Source of the DNA: Vicinamibacteria bacterium | GTDB lineage: Bacteria; Acidobacteriota; Vicinamibacteria; Marinacidobacterales; DATDRI01 | DNA: 28,410 nucleotides | NCBI GenBank assembly: GCA_050747785.1 | Contig: JBOGJF010000484.1 | Coordinates: 1 to 28,410 of the forward strand | Direction: 5' to 3' | In this document: positions 26,014-28,410 of the stretch, piece after piece | Position numbering within the stretch: the stretch's first letter is position 1 | Layout of the letters: the number at the start of each line of letters is the position of its first letter | The notes under the pieces: generated by a model | Database searches by the model: none | What the model was told of the DNA's origin: nothing | What the model saw: only the letters and a program-made list of their open reading frames with translations | Made by a program: the position numbers and the translations under genes

Positions 26014-26136
26014 AGGTCACACGTCGTCTAATTTTGGTGGAGGGGCGCAGGACATGCCGCCCCCCTCCCCGGTCGCTGCCGCCCTCTCGTCCATCTGCCT
26101 CTCCCGCCTCCGGACCAGATCCGCCCGGGCTCCCAG

Positions 26137-26313
26137 CTACTTCTCCGCGTCCTCGCAGCTCGTGCACAGGCCGCGGTTCGTCTTATCGTCGAGTTTCGAC
26201 CAGGCGCAGCCCTCCGGGCACGCCCTATACGTCGTTCAGCCGCACTTGACGCAAGTCGGCTCCTTGAAGGTCCGCGGCCGCGGGCGCCCCTTGGTCGCTT
26301 TACTTCTTGCCAC
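26137..26313 (-). CDS. 58-aa Cys-rich protein with in-frame TGA at codon 26 (candidate selenoprotein)
   Basis: GGGAGG-CGCCC-GTG start; MARSKATKGRPRPRTFKEPTCVKCG*TTYRACPEGCAWSKLDDKTNRGLCTSCEDAEK-TAG; TGA at 26236-26238. Confidence 0.7.
26197..26234 (-). promoter_or_regulatory. Bacterial SECIS-like hairpin
   Basis: UGA-11 nt-GGCGUGCCC-GGA-GGGC(U)GCGCC, with a lower stem CGAC/GUCG. Confidence 0.5.
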
Positions 26314-27748
26314 GGGCGCCTCCCTTCTTGGCCTTCTCCGCGGCCGCCTTCTTCTCGCGCGCCTCGGTTTCGAACTTCCCGCGGATCCCCTTCTCGAGGG
26401 CCTTGAGGTTGACGCCGAGGTCCTTGGCGAAATCCGCGATCCTGCGCGCCGCCCAGCGGTGGCCGTTGATGTCGTCTTCGCAAAGCGCGCCGATCGCCAG
26501 TTGGGCGAGCTGGATCGGCTTGAGGGACGCGACCACCCGCGTCTGGCTCTGGTTCGTCCTGGCGCTCGTAATCCCCGGCTTGATCGCCTCGAGGTAGTCG
26601 GGCTGCCCGCAGTTCGAGAGCGCGTCGGCGACCATCATGTCGATCGCGAGCCTGGGGAGCTCCCGGACCTTGTCGCAGACCTGGCGGAAGGCTTCGACCT
26701 TGATCCTTCTCTCCAGCTCGCGCTTCACGAGCTCCGCCTGCTGCCGGCGCTCCTCGGCCTGGCGCTCCTTCTGGAGCTGCTCGGCCGACTTCCCGACGCC
26801 GCTGGTGCCGACAGGATGCGTCGCGAAGTGCTTCTTGCAGCTCGTCGTCGTGCAGATGTCCAGGACCTGGCCGCGGCCCTTGTCGCTCACGAGGACGCCC
26901 TTCGCGGGGAACTTGCAGGCCTTGCCCCCCTGCCGCTTCCACTTCCCATGGGAGAGGACCTGCTTGTTGGCATACCAGTAGTCCTCCGTCACGAGGTGGG
27001 CCTTGTGGTTGGCGAGCTTCAGGGCCTCGACCTTCTCGACGAGCTCCGTCCCGATCTTGAGCGCGGAGACCGTCTTCTTGAAGTCCCGCACGCTCATGAG
27101 GGCCTTGACATCGTCGTTCGAGCCGTCGCGCTTGGGGTTGACGATCGCACCCTCGATCCCTTCGTCGTAGGTCTCGACGAACGCGGCGTCGAGCGCCTTC
27201 TTCTGGTCCTCGTCGGCGTCGAGGGTGGCGATCTCCTGGGCGTGGCTCGCGGTGATCTTCCCTTCGTCGAGCGCCTTCTGGACCGGCGCGGAAAGCTTCT
27301 GGAGCTCGATGCGGGCGTAGATGTACCGGACGCTCTTGCTGATTCTCTTGGCGAGGTCCTCGATCTTGTGGCCCCGGCGCAGGAGCTCCTGGTACCCGCG
27401 GGCCTCCTCGAGCGGCGCGACGTCGGTCCGCTGGAGGTTGTCGATCACGGCGACCTCGAGGGCCTCGTCGTCGGAGAGATCGCGGACCTGGCAGGGCAGA
27501 TCCTTCAGGCCCGCCTTCCTGGCCGCTCGGTATCGGCGGGAGCCGCCCACAATCTCCCAGTGGCCGTTCACGGGCCGCACGAGAAGCGGCGAAAGCACGC
27601 CTTTCGCCCGGATGCTCTCGGCGAGCTCCTTGAGCGCCTCCTCGTTGAAGGTCGTGCGCGGGTTGTACGGGGCCTCTTTGAGATCCCCGATCGGGATCTG
27701 CTTGAACTCCACCTTCCTCGCGGTCGCCGTAGCTGTAGCCGTCGTCAT
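26300..27748 (-). CDS. parB: ParB/RepB/Spo0J family protein
   Basis: AAAGGAG RBS, ATG at 27748; NPR..F....L.ELAESI...GVLSPLLVRP, GSRRYRAA, DNLQR.D..PLEEA, and an HTH. Confidence 0.92.
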   Translation of the reverse strand: MTTATATATARKVEFKQIPIGDLKEAPYNPRTTFNEEALKELAESIRAKGVLSPLLVRPVNGHWEIVGGSRRYRAARKAGLKDLPCQVRDLSDDEALEVAVIDNLQRTDVAPLEEARGYQELLRRGHKIEDLAKRISKSVRYIYARIELQKLSAPVQKALDEGKITASHAQEIATLDADEDQKKALDAAFVETYDEGIEGAIVNPKRDGSNDDVKALMSVRDFKKTVSALKIGTELVEKVEALKLANHKAHLVTEDYWYANKQVLSHGKWKRQGGKACKFPAKGVLVSDKGRGQVLDICTTTSCKKHFATHPVGTSGVGKSAEQLQKERQAEERRQQAELVKRELERRIKVEAFRQVCDKVRELPRLAIDMMVADALSNCGQPDYLEAIKPGITSARTNQSQTRVVASLKPIQLAQLAIGALCEDDINGHRWAARRIADFAKDLGVNLKALEKGIRGKFETEAREKKAAAEKAKKGGARGKK

Positions 27749-27762
27749 CGCCGTTTCTCCTT

Positions 27763-28410
27763 TCACGCGCTCGCGCGCTTGGCCTGGATTTCGTTCTCCT
27801 GGCCGGCGGATACGGTCCACCAGCCCTCGACCGCCTGGCGGGCCGGCCGCGGGCTCATGACGATCGCGGCCGTCAGGTGCTGCTCGATCGCCCGGACGCC
27901 CTCCAGGATCTGGATGAGCGTCTCCTCGTCCGTCTCTCCCGCCTCCACGAGCAGGACCTTGACCTCGGCCTGGCGGATCGCGATGACGGCGCCTGCGAGC
28001 GCCGCGGCGAAGAGGGCCCACTCGCCGCCAGAAAGCGCCTGGACCTGGATGTCCCTCCCGTCCTCCGTGCGCCATCCGATCGCGCAGGAGCCGCCGCCGG
28101 CGCGGAAGAAGGGGTCCTCCGCGCGGCCGGCGGCCTTCAGGACCTGGCGCATCAGGGCGAGGAGCGGGCCCCCCGACTCGGTGATCTCGACCTCACGTTG
28201 CCGCTGGAGGGCCCACTCGATCGCCGAAAAGACGTCCCGCGCGGCCTTGGCGTCCTCGATCGAGGAGAGGACGTGCTGGATCTCCTGGTGCGTCGCCCGG
28301 GCCCGAAGAAGCTCGGCCAGGCGGCCGTCGATCTCCTGGAGTTTGGCGGCCGCCGTCTCCGGGGAGGCCGGCGCGGGACCAGGGTCGCCGGCGCCGCGGA
28401 GCTGGTCCTC
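27763..28410 (-). CDS. Rad50/SbcC-like ABC ATPase, C-terminal part (starts outside the window)
   Basis: The frame is open from the window edge: coiled coil, then the ALSGGE signature and a degenerate Walker B/D-loop VLLVEAGETD. Confidence 0.7.
   Translation of the reverse strand, partial: EDQLRGAGDPGPAPASPETAAAKLQEIDGRLAELLRARATHQEIQHVLSSIEDAKAARDVFSAIEWALQRQREVEITESGGPLLALMRQVLKAAGRAEDPFFRAGGGSCAIGWRTEDGRDIQVQALSGGEWALFAAALAGAVIAIRQAEVKVLLVEAGETDEETLIQILEGVRAIEQHLTAAIVMSPRPARQAVEGWWTVSAGQENEIQAKRASA

Noticed and set aside
25976..26167. 63-aa ORF MHELRGRGEV from the track
   Set aside because: Low-complexity, no SD, and it overlaps the better-supported Cys-rich frame.
1106..27860. Long plus-strand ORFs (e.g. 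1731-4055, 12412-14178, 19541-20839)
   Set aside because: They are antisense shadows of GC-rich minus-strand genes, with no motifs or plausible composition.
1..28410. Genome-wide TGA reassignment
   Set aside because: Many genes end in TGA with ATGA/GTGA coupling at natural protein ends, and known proteins are intact under the standard code.
1..28410. tRNA-Sec or other tRNA genes, CRISPR array, integrase, reverse transcriptase
   Set aside because: No cloverleaf, repeat-spacer array or matching motifs were seen by eye; not tested computationally.

Overview
A 28.4-kb slice of a GC-rich tailed phage or prophage (siphovirus-like), with every credible gene on the minus strand. In transcription order (right to left): a partial Rad50/SbcC-like ATPase; ParB; a tightly coupled run of small, mostly Cys-rich early genes; RuvC; a replication initiator with internal repeats; a HerA-like ATPase; Lar-like and DUF1643 proteins; an HTH protein; small and large terminase; a Mu gp29-like portal; a six-gene insert; MuF-like minor head protein; protease/scaffold; decoration protein; major capsid; neck genes; tail tube; frameshifted tail chaperones; a lipoprotein moron; and the start of the tape measure gene. 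The most striking observation is missing from the ORF track. It is a 58-codon Cys-rich gene (26137-26313) with its own RBS and an in-frame TGA where this phage motif (CxxCGCT..AC..GC.W..LC..C) normally has Cys, followed by a SECIS-like hairpin. That makes it a candidate phage-encoded selenoprotein, though a nonsense mutation or sequencing error is not excluded. Second is the head-module insert, which holds three proteins sharing a tail-sheath-like insertion domain plus a tandem paralog pair, a possible head appendage. All family assignments come from motif recognition by eye; no searches were run.
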